From: Phoronis australis
Lineage: Eukaryota > Animalia > Phoronida
Assembly: GCA_002633005.1 (NCBI GenBank)
Contig: NMRA01000165.1
Location: 529,958-593,957, forward strand
Direction: 5' to 3'
Length of the DNA: 64,000 nucleotides
A program made the position numbers and the translations under genes. Under the pieces are notes generated by a model. It saw only the letters and a program-made list of their open reading frames with translations, did not search any database and was not told the origin of the DNA. Positions 51,085-64,000 of this stretch are shown in pieces (within the stretch, counting starts at the first letter, position 1; each line of letters starts with the position of its first letter).

Positions 51085-51886
51085 TGTTAGGGGAATCTTT
51101 ATTCAGATATACGAATACATCATTAAAATCATTGTTACTGTACAACTTTTGCCTTGACGGTTCTGTGGAAGAGGAGCCTAACTTTGCGGCCCCTGACAAG
51201 TTTCGGGGCTAATTCACCAAAATAATTATGTGCACATTATTTTTTTGGCTCACTATTATAATCTTATCGTGCGTGACTGGAGGTTTAGTTTCCAACTTAA
51301 GCTGGTTTATGTTTGTGATGTCTAGTCCTGGCGGCCGCGACGGAACTCAGTGATCGGGTTCTGAGCCACTGGCTGGGATAACAAGCGTTTTGTGTGTTTA
51401 GAACTGAAGAAAATCGCAAGTCTAAAAGTGCAACACACAGCTGTTTTCACCTGTCAGTATATCACGGAGGAATGGTTCGAATTTATCACCAAACAGACCC
51501 AAACTCCAATGATCGACCATGGTAAATTGGCTTACTGTGTACCGAACTCTGTAGGCTACGGTACGTTCAAATAGCTGTAAATCCGAAACAGTGAAATAAA
51601 ACAACACGTTTGTCCAAGAACTCGATGTATTTGTAAGGGTTTTACGTCGGATTTTGATGATTTATTGGTGTAAAACGATGAATTCAAGCTATAAGTTGAC
51701 ACCAGTAAGTGTGTTGTGAACGGCTGAACAGACTGCGTTCAAACCTATTACGTCATTGGTTAATTTCAGCACCTTTGTCTGCTGTCAGGTGTCAGGTTAA
51801 ACAACTGAACTTGCTGTTATCGAGTGGAACTACTCGATCTAAATTGATACAAAACATGTTGCTTTTTGGGTGGCATTCCCCTTTAA
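51085..51886. mobile_element. Interspersed DNA-element fragment with a CCCC-TTTAA end (Kolobok/T2-MITE-like)
   Basis: Collinear inverted homology to ~61508-62497; terminus ...GGGTGGCATTCCCCTTTAA. Confidence 0.6.
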
Positions 51887-52284
51887 ACAAATTTCCACGC
51901 AGTGGTTCTGTTAAATCTTTTTTTCCTCGTTACACGATGTACATTTCACTATACTTCCCCAAGAATGAAGATAAGGCATTTTGCTAAATATAGGTGAAAT
52001 ATTGTGAAATGGAATTTTTTGAAATAAGGTTTGAGATATCCTTAAACGATATTTAAAAGTGAATCTCTTGTTGTGGATTTTTAAGTGACGTTATTAAACG
52101 GTAGATTTCTGTACTTTGGTAGAGCGAATTTTCTTGAAAGCCACTTGAGTAGAACAGAGGATGGTTCTTTTATCATACCCGCTTGCGTTCCGTAGACACA
52201 AGACAGTCTCGAGATAAAATAGCTTTAGTGCGTGCTTCACTTCTAGTACTTGGCGATATCTCGGGTAAACTTGCGTGGTCTTAC

Positions 52285-55200
52285 TAGTTGAGTCGAAAAA
52301 TCGAAAAATGCCCCCCCCCCGTGCACCCCCCGGACTTCAACTTTTAACTTGCATTTTTGCAAAGCAAAACGTGTGAAAACCATAAAAAGATGTTAACAAG
52401 CCGAAAAAGTGTCCCACGTGCGTTTTTATGCAAATTAGTGCCACCATTACCGATTTTTCGTTATATGATGATATCTCACTTTCTTATTCTTGTAAGTGAA
52501 CAAATCAAGTGTCAAAACCAATATTTTGAGGGTTAAGCATAATAGAATAATTTTCTTCATAATATATTACATCTAATTTGTATTATACGGTTACTTACAA
52601 CCAATACTACACTGAAGGTGTACATAAGCCAATATAAACACTAAATGTGCAGCTCTCAGTGTTTATATAATCAGCTCTTTAATGAGCCAAATTTCAACAA
52701 ATGTTTTAAATATCTCAAGAAATTAAGTTTAACTTGTTAAATGCAGTTATCGTCATTATTTTGACATTTGTCTCTTTATTTTGATACCAGTCCTTAGGGT
52801 NTACCGATTTTTCGTTATATGATGATATCTCACTTTCTTATTCTTGTAAGTGAACAAATCAAGTGTCAAAACCAATATTTTGAGGGTTAAGCATAATAGA
52901 ATATTTTTCTTCATAATATATTACATCTAATTTGTATTATACGGTTACTTACAACCAATACTACACTGAAGGTGTACATAAGCCAATATAAACACTAAAT
53001 GTGCAGCTCTCAGTGTTTATATAATCAGCTCTTTAATGAGCCAAATTTCAACAAATGTTTTAAATATCTCAAGAAATTAAGTTTAACTTGTTAAATGCAG
53101 TTATCGTCATTATTTTGACATTTGTCTCTTTATTTTGATACCAGTCCTTAGGGTTTATTTTGCATTACTCATCTCTATTTATAGCCTCAAGGGCCTACTT
53201 TTGTATTCATACATTTCTCTACGCGACACCTGATTGGTCGCCCATATTTGCTTTGTTCAGTTCAACGGGGTCTCTCTCATTCAGCCACCTACCTCGTCGT
53301 CTACAAGACCTACGTTCGTTCTCTGCATTTTTCCCCACCCCCATCTCGGGTGTCGGTTCCACTTTCTCTTTTCTCATATACATTTCCTGTTAGGTTTTTT
53401 CAAGTTTTGTGTTCATTTCTGTACTTTTCCTTTAAGCCCTTCAGGCAGTTCTTTTGTTTTGTTCCCTCTTTCAGGGCTATTCATTGTACACGCCGGTGGG
53501 CGTTTTGTCCATGCCCATCTTGCAGAGTCTTAGTTAGTTTTATCTATTTACGTCATAATAAATGGCAATATTCGCAATCCTCCTCTTGTTTTACTCTGCA
53601 ACATAGCTCGGGGCGTACCCCGGGCAAAATAGATTACTAATAAAAAAACTTGAGGAAATGGTTGCAGAATTATGGACAATCATTAGGTGTTGATGTCACT
53701 GATTACATGCTGTAACACTCCATGCCACTTTCATTGCTTTCCGTGAAACGTCCATACAATTCTCCACTTTTCTCTCCCATGTCTGCTTCACAAACATTGG
53801 TGAGCAAGAAATCAATCAGTAAGTTTGGTAAGATAAGACCACGCGATCACACATCTTGTAACGCTCTTTCGTCAGTCTGCATCCATCCTTGTCCGTCGTC
53901 TTGACTGCTCAATTATGGGTTCGCAAGCACGCTGGTACAAGGTGATTCGGTGATTTACTCGTTGGGTGTGAGGTTTCAGTGCAGACTGGCATGGGGGATG
54001 TCGAGCACGGTCAATCTTGGACTTGTAAGAATTTCATCTTCACCAACCATTTGCGTTGCGTCTTGGCATGAGTAGCATCTATCGATGACTCACGACTCTG
54101 ACCGTACATGAGGCAAACTTGCATGCCAATCAACGTCAGGTTGTCCGAATGCACGTGAAATTTTGGATTCTTTTCTAGATTTTTAAGGGGACCAACCTTT
54201 TCTTTACGTTTAAACGCACTAGTGCAATCTTCTCCAGTGTATACATAAAATCCAAGTAGAGCTTCACAGTAGTCTTTTCCCGAGGATTTTGCCATGTCGG
54301 AGAGATTCAGTAGTCACCGATGTTTTCCATACCCTGTATCTAGATATACGGTTGACTTTATAGCGTGCCTGCATCAGAATGACAAAGACACCAGTGTCAG
54401 GGATTCTGACGACGTCGTTTCTGTACCCAAGTGAGGCAGCGTACTGGAGGTACCAAACAATTCTTAAGCCAGTCTCTTATTGGTAACTGTAGATATTTGT
54501 GATCTCCTGAGTATGAACATCAAATCACTTTTATAATTACATAATGACATTGTAAATTAGTTAAGTAAGAAATACTCACAAAGTTCTGTTCAGAAAAAAA
54601 ATTACAGATGCCTGTCTACAATCAGGATGGCCGCATCTCGGTTTTATCCAACCTGGAAAGTGCCTTCTCACCACTCCAGACCTGCAGTAACAGTTGACAG
54701 AGTTGCTTTTTGTTGTCATTGTTTGCAAGAAAGATTTTGAAGTCATACGGCTTTTGTGTACCTGGTCCACCCAAAATTATTTTCTCTGAACTGCGAAATT
54801 ACCACATGTTGGAGCGAGATTAGCTAACTCGTGGAGAAGTGCAAAACCATCTTGGATCAAAAGAACATCCTCACGATAATGAGTTTTCTGGCGAAATGCC
54901 GTTCAGAAAATAATGCGAAATGGAGACTTTGTTGGTCTTAGAAAAAAATCCTGGTGTTCCAAGACTAGGGGGTGTGGGTATCAGGCAGTACTTCATGAGT
55001 TCTGGCATGTTCAATGGCTCACCCAGTATCGGGGATTTAACGGATTGATCTAAAACCCTCTCAACCCCCTTGACCCCCTCGACCCACAACCCCCACGACC
55101 TGCAGCAATAGATGCATTTACACATTGCATAATCATTTTACGTCTCTGAGTGACTTTCCCATATGACTTGCCTACGCAAGAATCAGATCTAGCTCTAGCC

Positions 55201-55716
55201 TGGTGGTTAAAACAGAAAGTGGTGTAGGAACATGATCTGATATAGCCGATTAAGAGCGTGCTTTTGTTGTCATGGAAATAGTTCCACGAGTAGGTACCAA
55301 TTGCTTTGTTCTACTAAACTTGTTTCCATGGATGGGTCAACATCAAAGTCCTGAATTTGGATAAAAATAGAAGGTTTTGATGCCCCACACAGTACTTCTG
55401 CTCCATGTGTTGAGTGTTTTACACCTGTACCATGTTCAAGATAGCTTGTACTACTTACTTGTTGTTCTTAAGTAATGTTTGACCCACAAAACACGAGTCC
55501 AAACATTTAGTTCTTTCAATTATATGAAATAGTCGGCGACATATTGTGAAATAACGCAAAATCGGTAATGGCGGCACTAATTTGCATAAAAAACATACGA
55601 GAGACATTTTTCAGCTTGTTAACATCATTTTTCTGTTTTCATACATATTTTCCTTCATAAAAATTCAACTTAGAAGTTGAAGTCTGGGGTGTGCACGGAG
55701 GGCCATTTTTCGACTA
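52285..55716 (-). mobile_element. Decayed Academ-like DNA transposon with ~170-bp TIRs and a pseudogenised XPG/PIN-like region
   Basis: TIRs at 52285-52460 and 55557-55716; the right end reads TAGTCGAAAAATGGCC on the minus strand. Minus-strand peptides VVRIPDTGVFV (~54381-54413) and YCEALLGFYVYTGEDCTSAFKRKEKVGPLK (~54182-54271) resemble the 'SPDTDV' and 'HAFTGCDxxSxFxGKGK' motifs of Academ-type proteins. Multiple stops and frameshifts. Confidence 0.7.
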
Positions 55717-56670
55717 GACTATACTTTTTGGCGACTTTCTTGCGTCTATGAAACGTAATCTTAGTATGTTACGTAAGATAGAACATTTCAAATTTCTCCA
55801 AAAACCTTTCGTTGCCAAAACTGTCAAGCAAGCGCTAGCATGAATGGAAACATCTTACTGTCTCATGGCGTTCAAATTACGTGCGACCAGTCTCTATCTC
55901 TCCTGCTACACCTCATCTTGGTAGTTGTCCAATCACAAGAGGAGAACGTTACGACAAATGCTTGAAACAATATTTTCGTAACTGTGTTGTGACTACTATC
56001 TCTGTCGTTAACGAGACTCACTTTTCAATGATCGATTCTTCGCAAAGGGTGAGATTCGACGGTCAGGTACTGATAGAAACGAATTTTCACAGGACACGCA
56101 ATCAAGCTGGTAAAGTGAAATTATTTTTATTCCATTTTGAGATCGTTATCGGTAATGGTAGCGATTTGCGCAGTCGACTGCACGCGAGAGAACGACGTGA
56201 CTATTCGCGATGCAACGATGTCGCGTGAATGGGCGGCCAAATTGCGCGGGAAGCTTTTGGCGCGCAAAGTAAATAACAGCCGACAGAGAAGAAATTCTGT
56301 TGATACAGATGACGAATTTCTAATAACATAGAGAACCGCCGATAGTTTATCTATTTCGTGTCAAATTACAACATGCACGCCGCCCATAAATACTGCATAA
56401 TGACAATCATGGGATTGCGTGCGCAAATTTGAAATTCAAATTCACGCTTTTACTGCCATGACTAAGGCTCAAGCAACGCGATAACGGGAGGTGACGTCGC
56501 GGGAATGGAGCATCTTCCATTTTCATTTCCATTTGCGTGACGTCATCTCTTCACAACCGTTGCTCGTGTGCACTGTGGACACTTCAACAAAAATTTATTT
56601 GTTCCAATTGATCGCGAATTAATTCGCGCCGTTCGCACGCTTGCAGTTTGCCTTGGCCTTTATACCACTC

Positions 56671-56917
56671 CATGCGCGCACCCAAGGGGGCTCGGGGGGC
56701 TCAAACGAACTCCCCCATTTGGCGAAGTGGGCAAAAAGGTCCGCCTCTGAGAGACAAAAAGTCCGAGAAAATGAAACAAAAGTCCACTAAGCAAGCGCAA
56801 ACGCGAAATTTACAGTGGTGCTCCCGTTTTTTTTAAGTCCGTCCGCATTTTTGTTACCAAAAGGTCCATAACGTCAGGAATTCGAGCCCCCCAAATGGAA
56901 GGCTGGGTGCGCGCATG
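56671..56917. mobile_element. MITE with CATGCGCGCACCCA TIRs
   Basis: CATGCGCGCACCCA...TGGGTGCGCGCATG is a perfect 14-bp inverted pair. The flanks cactc/caatt match only partly. Confidence 0.7.
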
Positions 56918-58294
56918 CAATTACCAAAATAAAATCCTACTTTTTGGTACTAGAATTGATTTCTGAGCTTGTGAAAAAATACCAAATCCTCGATGCTGAA
57001 AACTTAAGTCTATATGGCAGTTGAAGTTGCTTGGCCCGTCGTTTAATGCACCGAAAGCTATATAGCTTGAAACAGAAAGTGAACAACTCGTGAAACTAAT
57101 CTCGACATGTTTTACTTCTTTTTAGTTGCGGGTGGTTGCTTTTAGTCAGTGGGCCCTGAGCCGTAGAAGTTTTAAAAAGTTTTGTGAGCATTTTCACCTG
57201 GCAATTTTATTTTGACATTTTCCACCTCATTCATAGGTGTAATTTTTAAATCTAAAATGTTTCCCCGGTTTAAAGTTGCGCATTTTTGTGTATTTGTGTT
57301 GATACTAAACAAGCAGTTTTAACTGAACGAGTATGCGAAAGGTGGTGATATTCTGTCAACAAAAGATATGATAAATAGGAAATCTGAGCAAGTAGGAAAA
57401 AGTAGGACAAAGTGGAGCTTAATTGTGGATTACTTTTCGTCAATTTGTAGCAAAGATATTCACTCTATACGGCAACCACAATCAAGACACATTACAGGGT
57501 CAGAGTAATACACAGATTTAACTTCGTTTAACTCTGGCGCGCTCTTCTGCCAAAAATTTCGACTCTTGGCCTCCTATGACGCCGTTTAAGTAACCAACAT
57601 ATAATTTTTTGAAACAATTTCGGCAGATGAAAATGTAAGTAGTATGGAATATAATCTCATTCCTTGAAACACCAAAATGCCGAACATCGATTATTGATCA
57701 ACATTTGCCGAATAACTGGAGTTTTAACGTATGGTCTTAATCTGCTCATTTTTGGTCAATTGCAATGATCTAATATTTCAATAGTATACAAAAGTAAAAG
57801 TGTAATGAAAATTGCTCGAACCATTGTTTTTTATAAAGCTAATGTTGTATTTATTACCTTTCATTTATTAATGCAAATTTTGTTGTTCATGGACATTTTT
57901 CTTAAAAGTTGTGTTTTATAAGTGTCTGGTTAAAACGTTCACCTACATAACTGCGTCCGTGTTTTAATAAAGTTTGATACAGTTCCATTATGTAGCCTTG
58001 GCCATACCTATCGTACCGCTATGGAAGTCACATCATACAAACAATATTTATCACTTCAGGATGGTGATGTAAATTACTGTTTATGTGAGCTGAAGTGATT
58101 GGAATCGTTTTTATATCTCAGACCAAAACAGTAAAATTGTGGATACACTTCTTGCAGAAAAAAACACTCCTTCGGCTTCATATTTTAAAGTCAGTACAAA
58201 ATGAATCTTATGCCGACCATAAATAACCAGGCCATTTGAAGTTATTGTAACTTCTGGACGTGTGGTTTATTATTTGTTACTCATCGTTTAGGAA

Positions 58295-58711
58295 ATGGAA
58301 GCAAGAGAAATGATTGATAAGAACAGCCGGAGAAATAAGGGCGAAATAACCGAATTTGAGGATGTTTTGCGATTGATTGGGAAATGTGGTCGCGTTCAAA
58401 TTTATCACCTGATTGTTTTGGGAGCCGTTGTATTAGCCACAGCTGTTCACAACCTCGGGATGGTTATGCTTGGTGCTGTTCCAAGTCACCGATGTGCGGC
58501 GGATCCAGAAGACAGTGGCAATGTGACGTCGCTTGCAATCATTGCCTTCACGAATAGCAGCAGTGATGACGAAAGTAACCAGTGCAGCGTTGTTGTGTAT
58601 AACGAAACATTTGGTGGCGACAACAGCTCTGGTGTAGTGACGCCGTGTTCTCTGGCAAGCAGGAAATGGCATTATGACAGAGACGTTTTTACCAAGACAA
58701 TAGTTAGTGAG
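58295..58711 (+). CDS. SLC22 (organic cation/anion transporter, MFS) coding exon 1
   Basis: EFEDVLRLIGKCGRVQ, TM1, PSHRC, an N-glycosylated loop with Cys, and WHYDRDVFTKTIVSE form the classic SLC22 N-terminus. Donor GAG|gtaagc. Confidence 0.9.
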
Positions 58712-59405
58712 GTAAGCTCTATGAGTATGCAAGCCTTAAAAGAGAACCGTAATTTATTCTGAATAAATTTTGCATAGTTTTCTATGAGTCGTTGATTAAT
58801 TTCACTAAAATAATTCAACATCAAAAATAAACTTATATTCTCTAACGAAGCTAAAAAAAATCGCCCGCTTGGAGCCCCACACAATCTCAAACTTAGCAAG
58901 CTGATAAAACCAGCATGCCGAGCCGAAATAGTATGTGTATAATTTTTAAATATTAACATAATGTTAATGTTATGTAGGACCTTACTGACACGTCTGTGTG
59001 AATGTCACTGACCCATCGTGTTATCAGTACTCGTGGCTAACTCGAAATCGAACTCGATACATAACATTATTCGACAACCCACACAGCATTTTTTTACTCT
59101 GTAACATAACTCGTAGCACACCCCAGCCAAGATACAAACTCGGGTAAAGACGCGAAATTTCGAGTTGAGACTAGATTTTTTTTGCTTTAATGCTGGTGTC
59201 ATCAAGAGCAAAATAGGATTAGACAATTATTCACGTTAGCTAATATATACTAGAACATAGAATAATAGACACTTATCGCATTAAAGTATAATGCAAAATT
59301 TCAAAACAATGTAGAATTCTCTTTCAAGTATGAACATTAGACCCCGTGCTCTAGCGTTGCTATTTGTACGTGAAATTCTACATTATTTTATCTATTTACA
59401 TTTAG

Positions 59406-59509
59406 TGGGACTTGGTGTGCGAATCCAAATGGATGGGAGCTTTCTCACAAATGATCTATTTCATTGGATATTCACTCGGATGCCTCGTCGTCAGCCATCT
59501 TTCTGATAA
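59406..59509 (+). CDS. SLC22 coding exon 2; the gene presumably continues beyond the window
   Basis: WDLVCESKWMGAFSQMIYFIGYSLGCLVVSHLSD(K) continues 'TIVSE-WDLVC...LSDK/R'. Splice sites tttag| and AA|gtatga; 104 nt. Not in the ORF track. Confidence 0.9.
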
Positions 59510-60719
59510 GTATGAACCATGCATGCACAAGCCATTTTAAAGCGCCAGGTTTCGGTGCAGATGGCACTTGTACGTGACTAGTGACAACTTGTGTAGGCGG
59601 TGATCATTTGCAGCCAATACCTGGTGTCAATGTTATGAAAACTAAGCCACTGGGCAAGTTCTCAAGTACCGAAAAAACGGTGACCTTGTACCGAAAAAAC
59701 GGTGACCTTATGACTAAGTTGTATTAAAAAAGCACTGGAGTGATCGAACCATTTTTACCCAAAAATGCTTCGTTCAACTCGATGATTATTCATCTTTTGC
59801 TTGAGTCCAAAAATTCATGATCCCCGTCATTTGTGTCGCAAAATTAGCAGTCTTGTGTCTTTCTTATTCTTAACAGTAGCACAAATAAAAGTAAACGAAG
59901 AACCGACATCATGTGAGTTTTTCCAATCTGCAAAATTTTCATGCTATGAACAAAGCTAGTAATTACCCAATTTTTGCGTTCATGTGATAAAATTTCAAGA
60001 TTTCGAAAAAATCATCAAAAAGAGTAGCATGAAAGGGTCTAATTTTTCATCGTTTAAATAAAAAGTTGGTTTTATGAAACTTTACAGGAACGTTATCTAT
60101 CTGATAATATGGCGGATATTGACGTGTGTTCCCGCTATTTAGATGAAAACAAAACACAACTATAAACAACCAATACCGTCGTGAGTCGTCGTAAAATTAT
60201 TTTTTCAGCAGATCGTGTCGAATCTACACCTTGGGGATGCTAACGTCGACTTGTTCACTGTATATGCACTTATGCGCTCAAAGAAGTCGAACTGGCAGCA
60301 GCTTTTAAAAATCGCCATTGTTTACATCAAACGTCAAAGGTCACATTTTCTGTATAAAAGCCTATATCGTACCATACCAAATGAGGAGACGTGTTTTGGC
60401 GTGTTTTCGACGAAGTGACGAGCAGCTGACAGATCATTTTTTTTAATTTGAAACTAAAGGCAAATGCTTTGACATCAAGAGGAATTCAAAATGTTTTCGA
60501 ACAAACCGTGAAAAGACCTGGTGAACAGTTTGACCTCTGTTTAAGTGGCAGAGAACCACTTTCAGTAATGCAGTTTAGTTTGATTTTCACATTTCATGCT
60601 ACTTTAAAACCCAACTTTTGCTGCAGTCTCCACTCTGCACGCGAGCAACGCGGATGCGCTGGGGGCGACATCGCGCGACTGAAAATTGAAATGGAGCACG
60701 CTCCATTTCCGAGACGAGA

Positions 60720-61190
60720 CCTTCCGTTATTGCGCTAACCAATTACGGCGCATAAATTCGTTATAAGGACGAATGCCTTCGTCCTCATTCTCGTGAACAG
60801 CGTTACACTGGACACACGGTTTGTTCTGTCTCGCGACGGTTGTCCATGTACTTACAGGGGTGTCCATTCAAGATCACTTTTTACACCAACATGGCCGAAA
60901 AATAACTACACAAGAAATAGTAGACAATATCATCATTCGCTATGCAGAAAATGACATATTTCGGCTAAAAATTTTGGAATCGCTATTGATCAGTCACGAA
61001 AAACCTGGGTTGAATGAACAGCTCACAGGTGTGTATCGCACGCTGGCTGTTTCGAAGGGGTTGCGGGCTTCCTACAGTGTGTTGCCATCACACTCTCTGC
61101 TTGTATGCCCGTCTTCCCGCAATCACGTGTATTTCATTGTTTATTTCGCTCTGTGTATGTTCATTCCACTCATTGCCCGAGGATGACATC
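60720..61190 (+). mobile_element. Penelope-like retroelement remnant (GIY-YIG endonuclease C-terminus, frameshifted)
   Basis: One frame gives DEC...RYTGHTVCSVSRRLSMYLQG (YIG-T...RLxxH-like). The adjacent frame gives SIQDHFLHQH...IVDNIII...DIFRLKILESLLISHEKPGLNEQ, the 'E.L.I....P.LN.Q' end of PLE endonucleases. Confidence 0.7.
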
Positions 61191-61507
61191 GCGTGTTTCT
61201 TTTCTTAATTATCTCAGGATCTCGAGATCCCAACTTAATTATCTCGGATCTCGATTCTGTCAACATAGTCTGTTGTCAAATGTTCACCGGTCTCAGATAA
61301 TTAACCGTGTTTTTCACAACCAGTACTTGAAGTAGTTTGGGTGAAAACACGTTGCAAACAAAATTGAATAAGCGATCAGGCGCGTCGAGAGGGGGTGGAC
61401 AGGAAGGCCCACAACCTCTCAGGGCTCGTGGCACCGCCGATGAAGGAAAAACAGCGCAACAAAAAATAAAAGTTCCAGAGGTTTGAGCTTGTCGGCCTCA
61501 GTTGGAC

Positions 61508-62497
61508 AAGGAGCATGCCACCCAAAAAACAACTTAATTTGTATCAATTTAGATCGAGAAGTTCTACTCCATAATGGTGTTGTGTATGTAATACAAGAGA
61601 TCATTCGTAGAACATATGTTTATTGCATCGCTAACACCAAACTACTGCAACACACGTGTACAGGCTAACAGTACATAAATTAATGTCAGATAGTCGCCAG
61701 GTGGCGTTGTCACTGCTCTACTGTAAACATAACATAACATGGCACGTACAGTTGTGTTACCTGACACCTGACGGCAGACGGAGGTGTTGAAATTATCCAA
61801 TGACGTCATTGGTTTCACACACAGTCTATTCAGCAGTTCACAACACGGGTTACTGGTGTCAGCTTATCGCTTGAATTCGTCGTTCAGCACCAATAAATAA
61901 TCAAACTTCGATGTAAAACCCTTAAAAATACACCGAGTTCTTATAAAAACGTGTTGTTTTATTTCGCTGTTACGGATTTATTGGTATTTGGACACACCGT
62001 AACCTCCAAAGTTCGGTAGGCCAATAAGGTCCGTAGCAAGGAGTTTGGGGTCTGTTCGGAGACGAATTCGAAGTATTTCCGTGAGATACAGACAGGAGAA
62101 CCCATGTCGGTGTTGTTTAGACTTGTGAATTTTTGAGTTCTAAACACGCAAAACGCTTGTTATCCTGGCCAGTGGCTCGGAGCCCGATCAGGCACGTCGC
62201 TGCCGGCCGGATTGACTTGTTATCCCGGTCAGTGGCTCGGAAACTGATCAGACATCACGAACATAAACCAGCCAAAGTTGGAAACTAAACTTCCAGTCAA
62301 GAAAATACTATACTAGTGAGCCAAAGTAATTTCGCATGTGATTGTGTTGGTGAATTATCCACGAACCTGCAAATCTACTTACTCGTCGGGAGCCGCGAAT
62401 TTAGGTTCCGCTTTGGCCACAGCACCGTCAGGGCAGAAGTTGTACATTGAAAATCATTACTTTGATAATGTAAATGTAAATAAAGACTCTCCTAACA
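61508..62497. mobile_element. Inverted second copy of the 51085-51886 element, in SLC22 intron 2
   Basis: For example, GGAGCATGCCACCCAAAAAACAAC...TTTGTATCAATTTAGATCGAG is the reverse complement of 51834-51881. Homology continues to ~62497. Confidence 0.65.
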
Positions 62498-64000
62498 CAA
62501 GGCCGTGCGGGTGGAAATCGACTGAGTTATTTCACAACAATTTCTGCTTGCAAACACTAACTTAGCATGAGCTCACACGGCCTCGGTGTCCCGTCAATTA
62601 GTTTTATTGCACCCGAAAGCCGGTAACGCAGTGATTTATTCATTGCAGGCTTCTCAAATCATTTGCACTCACGAACACTCCAAAGGCATTACAAATTGCA
62701 TCTAATGAGGCAGAATTTGTTTCAGTTTTATATAAGTATTGGTTAGGGTGAGAATAATTCATTTTGAAACAGAACGCTCAGTAATAAACCTCAACATGGC
62801 AACTCGCAATCCCGACTTAGACGAGAGCTCATCAGTCGATCCCTACGATGACGTCGCAGGCAGATCGTTAAGTTTCACAGGAATACAGTGATGAAGAAAT
62901 ACTAGAGAGGCGCCGTGAACAAGCTCAGACAACGGAACGTATGGATTGGATAGTTATTTGGTAAGCCGGCATTCGTCAGGCACTGTCGACGACTGCAGGC
63001 CACATACACGGAGATGTTTCACGGCCTCATACTTGCTATTTACAGCGTACTTTTCATTCTTCACTACCACGAGCCACTTTCTAAGCATTTCGGTCTCTCG
63101 AAGAAGTCGAAAAAAAAACGATATACTCGCTTTCCTCGCAGCTGCATAGTTCGGATAATAGTCGGTGGGCCAGATTTTGTAGGGCCTCTAGAAAATGGTT
63201 TTTGTGAGTACTTTTGGGGGGCAATCTTATTTTGGTGTTTTTTAATTCATTTATTAGAGTGTTTTCAAAATCCAAAAAGTTCCCACATATAAAGTTGCAC
63301 ATTTTTGAGAAATTTGAGTTTGAAGTTACCTAATAATCACCAAAGAGCTTAGTAAACTTATATTTGTAAAAACAACAGTTTTGGTGACTTTTTTGTAAAA
63401 CAAGTAATATGGTTCCACCAGTGTCATGGTATTGAACAATATTACACTCACATTACATGTTTTAATATTGTAAATAAATTGTAAACAGTGAAATTTAAAA
63501 AACGTAAAGAGACACCTAGTGGCAAAAATGCAAACTAAGTCTGAATGTTACTAGGAAGTTATTCTGGCATTGTCAGGCAACAAAAATAACACATAACACT
63601 TGAGACTGAGCAAAATTTGTGCCTCAATGACTAAAACATTGACTAATGGTGTAAAATACAGCTTGTTTGCATAATACACCAGAAATACGTTATAGTACAA
63701 AAACAATATGGTTGAATGATCTCTGTGAATGTGCACAAAGACTGTATGAAAATAATAGATTATTCTGACACCGTTTATCAAGCAGTATGAGACAAATACA
63801 TGACAATGATCAAAGTATGTACTTTCTATGACTTAATCAACAAATGAAATTAACTTTTTAATACAAAAAAGGAAATAACGGGGTTGGAGGTCTATTTAGG
63901 GTTGACTTGTCAAAGAACTATCCAATGTTATGCAGTCAGTGTTGCTGATGTTACTACAGTTGTCACAGCTGCACATTTCTGTACAGTTTGACCCAGCATT

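Noticed and set aside
52448-53154. ~353-bp tandem duplication
   Set aside because: The copies abut across a single N (52801) and differ at only a couple of positions, as expected for unmerged allelic contig ends.

Overview
This is eukaryotic (metazoan) genomic DNA from a draft assembly, with one 192-N gap and several single Ns. It is AT-rich with GT-AG introns. A Wnt4 orthologue and the repeat types point to a marine invertebrate such as a lophotrochozoan (inference). Genes, by manual splicing: the 5' four exons of Nup37 (- strand, running off the left edge); a complete 4-exon Wnt4 (353 aa, head-to-head with Nup37); a 2-coding-exon headcase/HECA (432 aa); an unrecognised ~1214-aa Lys-rich/Cys-rich gene (44551-48507); and the first two exons of an SLC22 transporter. 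Repeats: a LINE 3' end; a Helentron-associated (HINE/DINE-1-like) element whose internal array carries eight CTCF-like motifs; a 1.4-kb foldback element with relatives; a decayed Academ-like transposon with intact TIRs; a Penelope-like GIY-YIG remnant; and MITEs with 5-bp target-site duplications. The best novelty candidates are the orphan protein, with five repeated 'S-I-x-E/D-L-x-x-x-F-D/E' helical motifs plus KKG and Cys/Pro modules, and the transposon-borne CTCF-like array next to Wnt4. No CRISPR array, rRNA, tRNA or prokaryote-type system was seen. All homology calls are from memory of family motifs, not from database searches.
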